A program made the position numbers and the translations under genes. Positions 1 to 8,220 of a stretch of DNA of 38,989 nucleotides are shown in pieces. How positions within the stretch are numbered: position 1 is the first letter of the stretch; the number at the start of each line of letters is the position of its first letter. This DNA is from a virus (taxonomy: Duplodnaviria; Caudoviricetes), in the IMG/VR virus record IMGVR_UViG_3300032295_001092, positions 1 through 38,989 of that record; one strand, given 5' to 3'. The notes beneath the pieces are model-generated. The model made no database searches, had not been told where the DNA came from, and was given only the letters and a program-made list of their open reading frames with translations.

Positions 1-123
1 TAGGTATCACCGATGTTTAGTGTCAGAGAATATCTTAATGAAACAAGATCTTTGCAACTGGACAGAACGAGAAGTAAGACGAATTCCAAATCTAGGCGTA
101 AAAGGATTGCAATTTGTTAAAGA
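1..123. repeat. Terminal direct repeat, left copy (circular assembly overlap)
   Basis: 1-123 is identical to 38867-38989 (TAGGTATCACCGATG...TTTGTTAAAGA); an ORF reads through the join. Confidence 0.97.
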
Positions 124-166
124 GGCAATGGTGTTGCATGGTCTTAAATTTAAGGGACAAGAATGA
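1..166 (+). CDS. 3' part of the junction-spanning gene (starts at 38646); RNA polymerase alpha-CTD-like domain
   Basis: Frame from base 2 reads RYHRCLVSENILMKQDLCNWTEREVRRIPNLGVKGLQFVKEAMVLHGLKFKGQE*; stop TGA 164-166 overlaps the next ATG (ATGA). Confidence 0.85.
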   Translation, partial: RYHRCLVSENILMKQDLCNWTEREVRRIPNLGVKGLQFVKEAMVLHGLKFKGQE

Positions 167-789
167 ATCAGCCGTACATAAACATTGAGCAAGGGTCGAA
201 CGAATGGAAAGTTGCTCGTTTGGGTCATGTGACTGCCAGCAACATGGCTGACGTTATGTCTAAAGGCAAGGGGTCTGCTGAGGCGATAGGGCGTTATAAA
301 TACAAGGTCCGACTGGTGGCTGAGAGGCTCACACAGACTGCGGCTGAGTCGTTTACAAATGCCGCTATGGAGTGGGGCGTTGAGCATGAGCAGTTTGCCG
401 CTATGGAGTACGAGGCGGCAATGAATGTGTTTACTGACAAGACTGGATTCTGGTTACACCCTGAGATTAAATGGCTCGGAGTGTCGCCAGACCGCCTGGT
501 CGGTCAGGAGGGTCTCATTGAAGTCAAATGCCCTAACACTACGACACATCTTGGTTATTTGTTCGAAAACAAAATCCCTACGGACTATTACAAACAGATT
601 CAATGTCAATTGTGGGTCACGGGTCGCCAATGGTGCGATTTCGTGTCCTACGACCCACGACTGCCCAAGCGCAATCAATTGCTGATTGTGCGGACAGAAC
701 GAGATGAAAGTCTCATCAAAGAGATGGAAACCGAAACGGTAAAGTTTTTGGGCGAAATCAATCAATTAATCATCAAACTTGAAGGATAA
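163..789 (+). CDS. YqaJ-like / lambda-exonuclease family recombination exonuclease
   Basis: QGSNEWKVARLGHVTAS, MEWGVEHE, SPDRLV..LIEVKCP and YYKQIQCQLWVTG motifs. Confidence 0.93.
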   Translation: MNQPYINIEQGSNEWKVARLGHVTASNMADVMSKGKGSAEAIGRYKYKVRLVAERLTQTAAESFTNAAMEWGVEHEQFAAMEYEAAMNVFTDKTGFWLHPEIKWLGVSPDRLVGQEGLIEVKCPNTTTHLGYLFENKIPTDYYKQIQCQLWVTGRQWCDFVSYDPRLPKRNQLLIVRTERDESLIKEMETETVKFLGEINQLIIKLEG

Positions 790-791
790 AC

Positions 792-1193
792 ATGGCGGTC
801 AATAAATTCATAGGCATTGGCAATTTGGGCAAAGAACCCGAAATGCGATTCATGCCGGACGGCAAAGCGGTTTGCAATTTCAGCATCGCAATCAGCGAAA
901 AATACAAAGACAAATCGGGCGAAGCCAAAGAAGTAACCGAATGGGTCAACGTTGCGTTGTTTGGCAAATTGGCTGAAATCGCGGGCGAATACTTGAAAAA
1001 AGGTTCAAAAGTTTACATCGAAGGAAAAATGAAAACCGAAAAATATTCCAAAGATGGTGTCGACCGATACACGACAAAAATCATTGGCGAGAAAATGGAA
1101 ATGCTGTCAAGCAAAGGTGAAGTCGAAAGCAAGCCAAAAGCCAAAGCCGAGCCAGCAGGGTTTGAAGATATGGACTATGACATTCCATTCTGA
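792..1193 (+). CDS. ssb: Single-stranded DNA-binding protein
   Basis: VNKFIGIGNLGKEPE, TEWVNVALFGKLAEIAGEYLKKGSKVYIEG and acidic tail ending DIPF. Confidence 0.97.
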   Translation: MAVNKFIGIGNLGKEPEMRFMPDGKAVCNFSIAISEKYKDKSGEAKEVTEWVNVALFGKLAEIAGEYLKKGSKVYIEGKMKTEKYSKDGVDRYTTKIIGEKMEMLSSKGEVESKPKAKAEPAGFEDMDYDIPF

Positions 1194-1218
1194 TTAGAAT
1201 GGGTTGAAGTTGCCATTT

Positions 1219-1249
1219 GGGGGGTGTCGAAAGATGCTCCCCTTTTTTT
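1219..1249 (+). terminator. Intrinsic terminator after ssb
   Basis: GGGGGGTGTC-GAAA-GATGCTCCCC 10-bp stem (with G-U pairs) followed by T7. Confidence 0.85.
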
Positions 1250-1385
1250 GTATCCCCATGCCGCACCCGCATTACCAGTTTTTACAATTTGGTCTGAGGG
1301 CAAAATGTTTGGTCATTGTTCTGAATCATGGTAAATGCTTCATTTTGTAAAAAAGTGTTGTATTTTCAACAGATTTGCATTTTTT

Positions 1386-1423
1386 TTGCCAGAAACGCCA
1401 GAAACGCGGCTTTTGGATATAAT
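1386..1423 (+). promoter_or_regulatory. Putative sigma70 promoter containing a 9-bp tandem repeat
   Basis: TATAAT at 1418-1423; TTGCCA at 1386-1391; (GCCAGAAAC)x2 at 1388-1405. Confidence 0.55.
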
Positions 1424-1473
1424 ACTAATCATGACGAAACGTCATACATTAATCATCTTAAAAGGAACGAATC

Positions 1474-1680
1474 ATGAAAAGCACAGCATGGAAAAAAGAC
1501 TATTTAATCGTTTTATTTAGCGATTACGACAACACATGGCGCGATGTAACCATTCCTTGCACATTTATGCAAGCAATCCGATTTGCACGTGCCAAACGTT
1601 GGCGCATTGACAGCAACAATGTTCGTTTGGTTACATTGGCAGAATTTGCAACACTTCCACAAGCCAAGGTGAAAGCATGA
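1474..1680 (+). CDS. Hypothetical protein
   Basis: AAGGA RBS upstream; ATGA overlap with the next ORF. Confidence 0.7.
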   Translation: MKSTAWKKDYLIVLFSDYDNTWRDVTIPCTFMQAIRFARAKRWRIDSNNVRLVTLAEFATLPQAKVKA

Positions 1681-1847
1681 AACATATTAAACAATTTGCA
1701 ATTTGGGTCGCTGAAGGCCTAATTGGCTTGGCGTTAATCGTTGCTGGCGCTTTTTTCTTGGTCGAATATATGGCTGGATGTGGTGAGCATTACATCGACA
1801 GCAAAGGCGTTAGCCACGCCAATCAATGTGTTTTTATCAATCGTTAA
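1677..1847 (+). CDS. Small membrane protein (56 aa, not in ORF track)
   Basis: MKHIKQFAIWVAEGLIGLALIVAGAFFLVEYMAGCGEHYIDSKGVSHANQCVFINR*; one hydrophobic helix; ATGA coupling. Confidence 0.7.
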   Translation: MKHIKQFAIWVAEGLIGLALIVAGAFFLVEYMAGCGEHYIDSKGVSHANQCVFINR

Positions 1848-1868
1848 TCATCAAAAGGAAATTTAATC

Positions 1869-2837
1869 ATGGCACACGAACTCACTATCCGCGCTGACGG
1901 CTACACCGAAATGGCTTTTGTTGGCGCCACACCTTGGCACGGCTTGGGTCAAGCATTAGACCAAAATGCCACAATTGAACAATGGCGCGTAGCCGCTGGA
2001 ATGGATTGGAGCATTGAAAAATCGCCTGTTTGTTATATGCCCCACGGCTTTTATGGCGACGTTTCAAATTTTCCCAAACAAAACGTTTTGTATCGTAGCG
2101 ACAATTACGAGCCTTTGTCTGTCGTTTCAGACCGTTATCAAGTCGTTCAACCCGCAGAAGTGTTGGAATTTTTCCGTGATTTGGTCGAACAATCGGGTTT
2201 TCGCTTGCATACAGCCGGCACATTGTTTGGTGGTAAGCGTTTGTGGGCATTAGCCGAAACGGGCAAATTTGGCGAGGTCACACAAGGCGATGGAATCGGT
2301 GGTTTTTTGTTGTTGTCCACGTCAGCAGACAAATCATTAGCAACCACAGCACGATTCACCAGCGTGCGCGTGGTGTGTAACAACACATTGTCTTTGTCCC
2401 TGCAAAACAGTGCGCATAGCGTGTCATTTACGCACGCCCGTAAATTCGACCATGAATTGATGAAGTCAAAATTAGGCGTTGCTGTTGCATCGTTTGACAG
2501 TTTCATGGAAATGGCAAAACATTTGGAACGCCAACGTATTACAACCGCACAAGCGGATAATTTCATCAAACGTATTTTGTTTACGGCTGATCAATTGCAA
2601 AACACCGATTTAAATTTGGAAAAAAATCGCCCGTACAACAAAATTTTGGATTTGTTCAAAGGCGAAGCCAAAGGCGCGGACATTGTTGGCGACACCAAAT
2701 GGGCATTGCTTAATTCCGTGACGGAATATTTTGACCACCATCATCCATCGCGTACAAACGATGCACGATTGAACAATGCATGGTTTGGCAATGGCGACAC
2801 AATCAAAAACCGTGCTGTTGCTGTGCTAACATCTTGA
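1869..2837 (+). CDS. DUF932-family phage/plasmid protein
   Basis: MAFVGATPWHGLG, TAGTLFGGKRLWALA, FTSVRVVCNNTL and TKWALLNSVTEYFDH motifs. Confidence 0.88.
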   Translation: MAHELTIRADGYTEMAFVGATPWHGLGQALDQNATIEQWRVAAGMDWSIEKSPVCYMPHGFYGDVSNFPKQNVLYRSDNYEPLSVVSDRYQVVQPAEVLEFFRDLVEQSGFRLHTAGTLFGGKRLWALAETGKFGEVTQGDGIGGFLLLSTSADKSLATTARFTSVRVVCNNTLSLSLQNSAHSVSFTHARKFDHELMKSKLGVAVASFDSFMEMAKHLERQRITTAQADNFIKRILFTADQLQNTDLNLEKNRPYNKILDLFKGEAKGADIVGDTKWALLNSVTEYFDHHHPSRTNDARLNNAWFGNGDTIKNRAVAVLTS

Positions 2838-2861
2838 CAGATATTATGTGTTTGCTATTAT
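2834..2861 (+). promoter_or_regulatory. Putative sigma70 promoter
   Basis: TTGACA-N16-TATTAT with an extended -10 (TGc-TATTAT). Confidence 0.7.
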
Positions 2862-2890
2862 CCTCGTCATCTAATACATGAAGGGGATAT

Positions 2891-3151
2891 ATGGCAAACG
2901 CGGCAACAAAGGTGCGTGATTTATTTAAATTGACACAGCGACCAATGACATTGACGGAAATCAGGAAAAGCCAACCTGATTTAAAAGCCAGTCAAATATC
3001 AATGGCGCTGTGTTATTTGATGCGGCAACGATACATGACACGCGAAGCAATTAAAAACGAACACGCGCGTGGACGCAAAACAGTTTGGTTGTACACATAT
3101 TACAATCAGAAAATGCCAATCGTTCATACGTTTCAAGCCGATGTGTCGTGA
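2891..3151 (+). CDS. Hypothetical basic protein, possibly winged-helix DNA-binding
   Basis: AAGGGG RBS; PMTLTEIRK..LKASQISMALCYL...VWLYTY pattern resembles a wHTH (inference). Confidence 0.6.
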   Translation: MANAATKVRDLFKLTQRPMTLTEIRKSQPDLKASQISMALCYLMRQRYMTREAIKNEHARGRKTVWLYTYYNQKMPIVHTFQADVS

Positions 3152-3365
3152 TTGCGATTATGCAAAAACAAAGCAACATCATGGCGGTTATACGTTTACG
3201 TGTTTTGGTTGTCGTGAGCGTTTGCTGTTAAACGAGCCATGCAAATTGATGCGTGAAACGTTGTCCAAAATGTTGCGTAAATGGGGCGATGTGCCCGAAT
3301 GGAAAATTGAGCCGAATTGTGGTTGCATCAAATCATGCAAACGCAGACAATATCAAAAAGGTTAA
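3141..3365 (+). CDS. Cys-rich putative metal-binding protein
   Basis: ATG 3141; CRDC, CFGC and CGCIKSC motifs. Confidence 0.6.
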   Translation: MCRDCDYAKTKQHHGGYTFTCFGCRERLLLNEPCKLMRETLSKMLRKWGDVPEWKIEPNCGCIKSCKRRQYQKG

Positions 3366-3368
3366 ATC

Positions 3369-3857
3369 ATGCCAATCAGCAAAAAATCCGACGGGTGGTA
3401 TTGGGGCAGTAAAGGTCCTTTTGACACCAAACAAAAAGCAATTCAAGTGGGTCAAGCGGCTCACGCATCAGGTTACAAGGAAACCACCATGGACGCAATT
3501 GTTGGCACGTTTATTAGCACGTTGTTGCATTCCGCAACGCTTACTCATTTGATGCATTTCAAATCCACATCGTATAGCCAGCACGTTGCCTTGGCGGCAT
3601 ATTACGATGCAATACCCGAATTGGTTGATGGTTTGGTTGAATCAATCCAAGGCGCGTATGAGCAAATCATTGAGCCATATCCATCAATGTTTGGCAACGG
3701 CAATGGTGACGACCCATTGGCATACATGGTTAGCCTACGCAATTACGTGCGCGATTATCGTGGGCAAATGCCACAAGACAGCGAAATACAAAACGAAATT
3801 GACACGATTTCCACATTGTTAAATCAAACGGTGTACAAATTGAAATTTTTGAAATGA
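3369..3857 (+). CDS. Ferritin/Dps-like four-helix protein (DUF5856-like) with N-terminal extension; possible second start at 3489
   Basis: HLMHFKSTSYSQHVALAAYYDAIPELVDGLVE resembles the Dps H..H..D...E pattern; ends YKLKFLK. Confidence 0.75.
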   Translation: MPISKKSDGWYWGSKGPFDTKQKAIQVGQAAHASGYKETTMDAIVGTFISTLLHSATLTHLMHFKSTSYSQHVALAAYYDAIPELVDGLVESIQGAYEQIIEPYPSMFGNGNGDDPLAYMVSLRNYVRDYRGQMPQDSEIQNEIDTISTLLNQTVYKLKFLK

Positions 3858-3873
3858 CACGAAAGCACAATAC

Positions 3874-4422
3874 ATGACAAAATTAGCAATCAAATATAAA
3901 AAACCAGCCGAACTCGTTGTCTACGCAAACAATTCCCGCACACACAGCGACACACAAGTTGCTCAATTGGTGGCAAGTTTGCAGGAATTTGGCTTTACCA
4001 ATCCCATATTGATTGACGCAACAAACGGAATCATTGCGGGTCATGGTCGTTTACGTGCGGCTATTGAATTGGGTTATGAGACCGTTCCAACCATTGAATT
4101 AAGCAATTTAACGGATGAGCAACGTCGTGCTTACATCATTGCTGACAACAAATTGGCATTAAATGCGGGTTGGGACAATGAATTGCTGGCGTTTGAATTG
4201 CAACATTTACAAGACGTGGGCTTTGATTTGGAATTGACGGGCTTTAATGCCGATGATTTAAAAGCGTTGACGCTTGAAAACCCCGACATTGACGAAGATT
4301 TTAAAGAGCCATCCGATGAAAGCCGCAACACATTGTTGATTGAATGTACGGGTGAGCGTGAATTGGAAACGCTTTATGAAGAGATGCAAAAGCGGGGCTT
4401 TCAATGCAAAATTTTGAGTTAA
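3874..4422 (+). CDS. ParB/Srx N-terminal-domain protein
   Basis: YANNSRTHSDTQVAQLVASLQEFGFTNPILID..IIAGHGRLRAA..YIIADNKLALNAGWD. Confidence 0.9.
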   Translation: MTKLAIKYKKPAELVVYANNSRTHSDTQVAQLVASLQEFGFTNPILIDATNGIIAGHGRLRAAIELGYETVPTIELSNLTDEQRRAYIIADNKLALNAGWDNELLAFELQHLQDVGFDLELTGFNADDLKALTLENPDIDEDFKEPSDESRNTLLIECTGERELETLYEEMQKRGFQCKILS

Positions 4423-5513
4423 CTCTTGCATCGCCCGTTTCCAAATCGTTTCGTGCAATCAAAGCGGCAAACAGCCTTGACATTGATGCCGATAAAAAAT
4501 CAACGCATCATTTCCACGTAAAAGCCGATATACAAAGCCCATTTAACATTGGGTTGATTGTTGGCGCGTCAGGTAGCGGTAAGACAACGCTTGCCAAGCA
4601 TATATGGGGTGACAAATGTTTCAACGAAATATTAGACCCACAAAAACCCATCATTGAACAATTCCCCGAATCCATGTCATACGACCAATGCGCGGAAATG
4701 CTTTGTGGCGTTGGCTTAACAAGCGTGCCATGTTGGATACGCCCAGCATATACGTTGTCCAATGGTCAAAAGGCACGTGCGGAATGTGCGTTACAAATGG
4801 CGCGTGAAGATGATTTGATGATTGTCATTGACGAATGGACAAGCGTTGTCGATAGAACCGTTGCCAAGGTAATGAGCCATTGCATACAAAAACACGCACG
4901 CAAAACAGGCAAGCGCATTGTGTTGTTGTCATGTCATTACGATGTTGTTGAATGGTTGAACCCTGATTGGGTAATTGACGCTAATAAACAGACGTATAAC
5001 GACCGGAGGTCACTTTGGCGGGACTTTAAACGAACAGAAAAACTCACATTCAACGTTTACGAGACCGATAGGCACTCATGGCGATACTTTAGCCGTTATC
5101 ACTATTTGAGCGAAAACCTCGCGGGTGGCAAACAATTGTTTTACGGCTTATGGGATGGGCAAAATCAAATCGGGTTTGTTGCTTTTTCCAATTACGTGCC
5201 ACATCGTGCCGGCACAAAGATGCAATTACATTTCAATCGTCTCGTAATACATCCCGATTATTGTGGATTTGGTTTGGGCATACATTTTCTGAACAAATGC
5301 GCACAAATCGTCAATGATAAAGATTACGAAATCATGGGTAAGTTTTCAAGCATACCCGTGTATAACGCTTTGAGGCGCGACCCCAAATGGCGATTAAATG
5401 CTGTCATGCGTCAACACAAGATAAGCGTTGGTGGCAACATGAAGCGTAAAGAAGGCTTTAGGAAAGACGTGAAAGCATGGTCGTTCAAATATGCCAACAG
5501 CACCACACAATAG
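4404..5513 (+). CDS. ABC-type ATPase fused to a C-terminal GNAT (Mom-like) acyltransferase
   Basis: Walker A GASGSGKTT, signature LSNGQ, Walker B IVIDE, H-loop SCH; C-terminal FSRYHYL and RLVIHPDYCGFGLG (GNAT motif A); no TM segments. Confidence 0.85.
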   Translation: MQNFELTLASPVSKSFRAIKAANSLDIDADKKSTHHFHVKADIQSPFNIGLIVGASGSGKTTLAKHIWGDKCFNEILDPQKPIIEQFPESMSYDQCAEMLCGVGLTSVPCWIRPAYTLSNGQKARAECALQMAREDDLMIVIDEWTSVVDRTVAKVMSHCIQKHARKTGKRIVLLSCHYDVVEWLNPDWVIDANKQTYNDRRSLWRDFKRTEKLTFNVYETDRHSWRYFSRYHYLSENLAGGKQLFYGLWDGQNQIGFVAFSNYVPHRAGTKMQLHFNRLVIHPDYCGFGLGIHFLNKCAQIVNDKDYEIMGKFSSIPVYNALRRDPKWRLNAVMRQHKISVGGNMKRKEGFRKDVKAWSFKYANSTTQ

Positions 5514-5961
5514 CAAATGCGCACAATTAGGATGTCATAACCCCAAATCAAAGTTAAACGGCTATTGCTTGGATCATGGTGGGTTGAATCAGCGCGTGTT
5601 CAATCAAAAGCATAACAACACCAAACAACGTAAAGATTTCAATGCCAAATACAACACACGTCAATGGCAGACGTTAAGGCAGATACAACTCAGTAAAAAC
5701 CCTATATGCGCAGGGTGCTATGCAGATGGCATCGTAACAGCCGCCTCAATCGTTGACCACTTATTCCCATGGTCACAAATAAGCGAACAAGCATTTTTTA
5801 TCAATCGCTTTCAAAGCCTGTGTGCATCGCATCATGCTGAAAAGACCCAATTAGAACAACACGGCATATATAGGGCATACGGCAACCCATGTGTTGATTA
5901 CAATAGGGGCGACTACAGTCGTGTTTTGGGCGTAAACGACCCGAATTGTCGAGAAACTTAA
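5491..5961 (+). CDS. HNH endonuclease, terminase-associated (HK97 gp74-like)
   Basis: PICAGC..VDH..FQSLCASHHAEKT; directly upstream of TerS. Confidence 0.88.
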   Translation: MPTAPHNSKCAQLGCHNPKSKLNGYCLDHGGLNQRVFNQKHNNTKQRKDFNAKYNTRQWQTLRQIQLSKNPICAGCYADGIVTAASIVDHLFPWSQISEQAFFINRFQSLCASHHAEKTQLEQHGIYRAYGNPCVDYNRGDYSRVLGVNDPNCRET

Positions 5962-6052
5962 AAAGTCGTGACACCAAAAGAGCAACGCGCGATATGCAAT
6001 CGTGTGCAATGTAATTTGACGGATGGGGGAGTAATACATTAATATCCGCTCC
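5962..6052. other. Candidate cos / packaging-initiation region
   Basis: Only non-coding gap between HNH and TerS, the usual cos position in HK97-like phages; the exact site is not identifiable. Confidence 0.35.
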
Positions 6053-6523
6053 ATGAACAAAAAACCACCCGAACTCCACTTGGTCGATGGAACCACCCCA
6101 CGCAAGGGGATGCCCACCGCGTTGCCCGACAATTTAAAGAAAAGAATCCCAAAAGCCGAATGGGTGGACAACCCTGATGCTTGGGACAAAGTGCGGTTTA
6201 TTGAGGAAACCGCAGATTTTCTGTACAACGTTTACGGCATTGGCAACGACCAAGACAAGCACACGCTTGCCATGTTGGCTGACCACATAGACGTTTATGT
6301 GAAATGCACCGCGGCAATAAAAAAGGGCGGCATTATTTCCACGTTCAATGGTGGCGCGACTGTGGGTCCAAATCCATATTTGTCCGTGCGCAATAAAACG
6401 ATGACGCTCATAATCCAAATCATGAATGAACTAGGGTTAACCCCACGCAGTCGATTGTCTGCTGGCAAATCAGAGGACGACAGCCCCGTTGCTCAATTCC
6501 TTAAAGGTCCATTTGCCAAATGA
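6053..6523 (+). CDS. terS: Terminase small subunit, P27-like
   Basis: KKPPELHLVDGT, NPYL and ELGLTPRSR motifs. Confidence 0.9.
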   Translation: MNKKPPELHLVDGTTPRKGMPTALPDNLKKRIPKAEWVDNPDAWDKVRFIEETADFLYNVYGIGNDQDKHTLAMLADHIDVYVKCTAAIKKGGIISTFNGGATVGPNPYLSVRNKTMTLIIQIMNELGLTPRSRLSAGKSEDDSPVAQFLKGPFAK

Positions 6524-8190
6524 ATTATCAAGACGGGATTGCCTACGCGCACGCGGTTGCCAAGGGTGAGATTAACGTCTGCAATGACGTGCGACTTGCT
6601 TGTCAGCGATTTATTAACCAACTGGAAAACAAAGAGTGGGGTTGGGTGTTTGACAGTCGCGCCCCAGATCATGTGTTGCAATTTGCGGCTACGTTGCGAC
6701 ACACCAAAGGACCACAAGCGGGAGAAAGCGTCGTTCTTGAACCGTTCCAAATATTATTGATTTGCGCAATATACGGTTTTAGAAGCAAAAAAGACATTTC
6801 CAAGCGCATGGTCACGGATGTGATTTTGTTCATTCCGCGCAAGGCGGGTAAATCGACCTTGACCGCGGTCTTGACGCTATACGAATTGCTTTTTGGGGAA
6901 GCAGGACCCGAGGTGTTCACATTGGCGACCAATCGGGAACAGGCAACAATTGTGTTTGATGCCGCCAAAGGTTTCATTGAATCCATGCCCCGTGAATTGG
7001 CAGAATTGTTTAACCCAAGCAAATACACGATTGGAAAAAAAGGCGATTCGCAATCCATGTTTAAAGCGTTGAGCCGAGATACCAAGAAATCAGGTGACGG
7101 TAAAAACCCGTCTGCCGTTGTCGTTGACGAAGCCGCACAGATTACAGACCGCAACGCAATTGAGGTGTTGCACTCGGGTATGGTGGCTAGACAAAATCCG
7201 CTACGCGTGTATATTACTACTGCCTCGTTCACGAAGGACACAAAGTTTTATGAGGACTTGTCCATGTATCAGTCGATGCTTCGTGGCGAGGCAACTGACA
7301 ACCCCCGATGGTTTGGCTTGATGTATGGGTTAGACCTTGGCGATGATTGGCGTGACCCTGTTAATTGGGCAAAAGCCAACCCAATGCACGGCATTTCGGT
7401 GTTTGAAGACGCCATTGCCGCACGCGCAGAAGAAGCCAAACACAAGCCAGCCGCGCTCAATGAATTCCTTTGTAAAACGTTGAACGTTTGGGTTTCGGCA
7501 AATGCCGCATGGCTTGACAGGCAACATTGGGACGACCCCGCGTGCGCAATTGTGCCCCGCAAAGAAGAACCCGAAGCCGTGTTCATTGGATTTGACTTGG
7601 CGGCTACACGAGATTTAAATGCCGTGTGTACGCTTAAGCGATATGGCGAATTGGATTACGAAGCCGAATGGCAATTCTTTTTGCCCGAAGATTCGCTTGC
7701 ATTTATTCCAAAACATTATTTGGACATTTTCCAAGTTGCAATTTCCACGGGTATTTTGAAATTAACCGAAGGAAACGTGATGGACGACCGCGAGATAAGC
7801 GAATACATCATTAATCAACAATGCCAAAAGTACAACGTCAAAGAAGTTGGGTACGACGCTTACAATGCCGCCAGTTTGGTTGCGCGTTTGCATGATGCGG
7901 GAATTCCGGTCAAAAAAGTTGGGCAAGGCATGGCTGTGTTGAACAACCCAAGCAAATACATTGAAAAATTAATCCTCAACAAGCAAATCAAGCACGATGG
8001 CAACCCGTTTATTGGTTGGCAATTAGGCAATTGCGAGTGCTACACGGATATAAACGGCAATATCAAAGTTCGCAAGAACGAAGCCGACAAAGCCGCAAAG
8101 GTTGATGGAATAATATCTATGATTATTGCGGCTCATTGTTCGTTGGACAATCCTTTTGTAAGCGATAGTTTTGGATTTCGTTCGTTTTAA
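6520..8190 (+). CDS. terL: Terminase large subunit
   Basis: LEPFQ, IPRKAGKST, VVDE, IGFDLA, GYDAYNA and KVDG motifs. Confidence 0.97.
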   Translation: MNYQDGIAYAHAVAKGEINVCNDVRLACQRFINQLENKEWGWVFDSRAPDHVLQFAATLRHTKGPQAGESVVLEPFQILLICAIYGFRSKKDISKRMVTDVILFIPRKAGKSTLTAVLTLYELLFGEAGPEVFTLATNREQATIVFDAAKGFIESMPRELAELFNPSKYTIGKKGDSQSMFKALSRDTKKSGDGKNPSAVVVDEAAQITDRNAIEVLHSGMVARQNPLRVYITTASFTKDTKFYEDLSMYQSMLRGEATDNPRWFGLMYGLDLGDDWRDPVNWAKANPMHGISVFEDAIAARAEEAKHKPAALNEFLCKTLNVWVSANAAWLDRQHWDDPACAIVPRKEEPEAVFIGFDLAATRDLNAVCTLKRYGELDYEAEWQFFLPEDSLAFIPKHYLDIFQVAISTGILKLTEGNVMDDREISEYIINQQCQKYNVKEVGYDAYNAASLVARLHDAGIPVKKVGQGMAVLNNPSKYIEKLILNKQIKHDGNPFIGWQLGNCECYTDINGNIKVRKNEADKAAKVDGIISMIIAAHCSLDNPFVSDSFGFRSF

Positions 8191-8220
8191 TGTAGGATTG
8201 CGGAAATTTAGGAGAAAAGC

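Noticed and set aside
1194-1473. tRNA or attP in the largest intergenic gap
   Set aside because: No cloverleaf, T-loop motif or integrase; a terminator and promoter explain much of the gap.
3874-4422. Plasmid-prophage partition system
   Set aside because: No ParA, no HTH/parS-binding region; the neighbouring ATPase has ABC rather than ParA motifs.
4404-5513. ABC transporter
   Set aside because: No permease or substrate-binding protein; the ATPase is fused to a GNAT.
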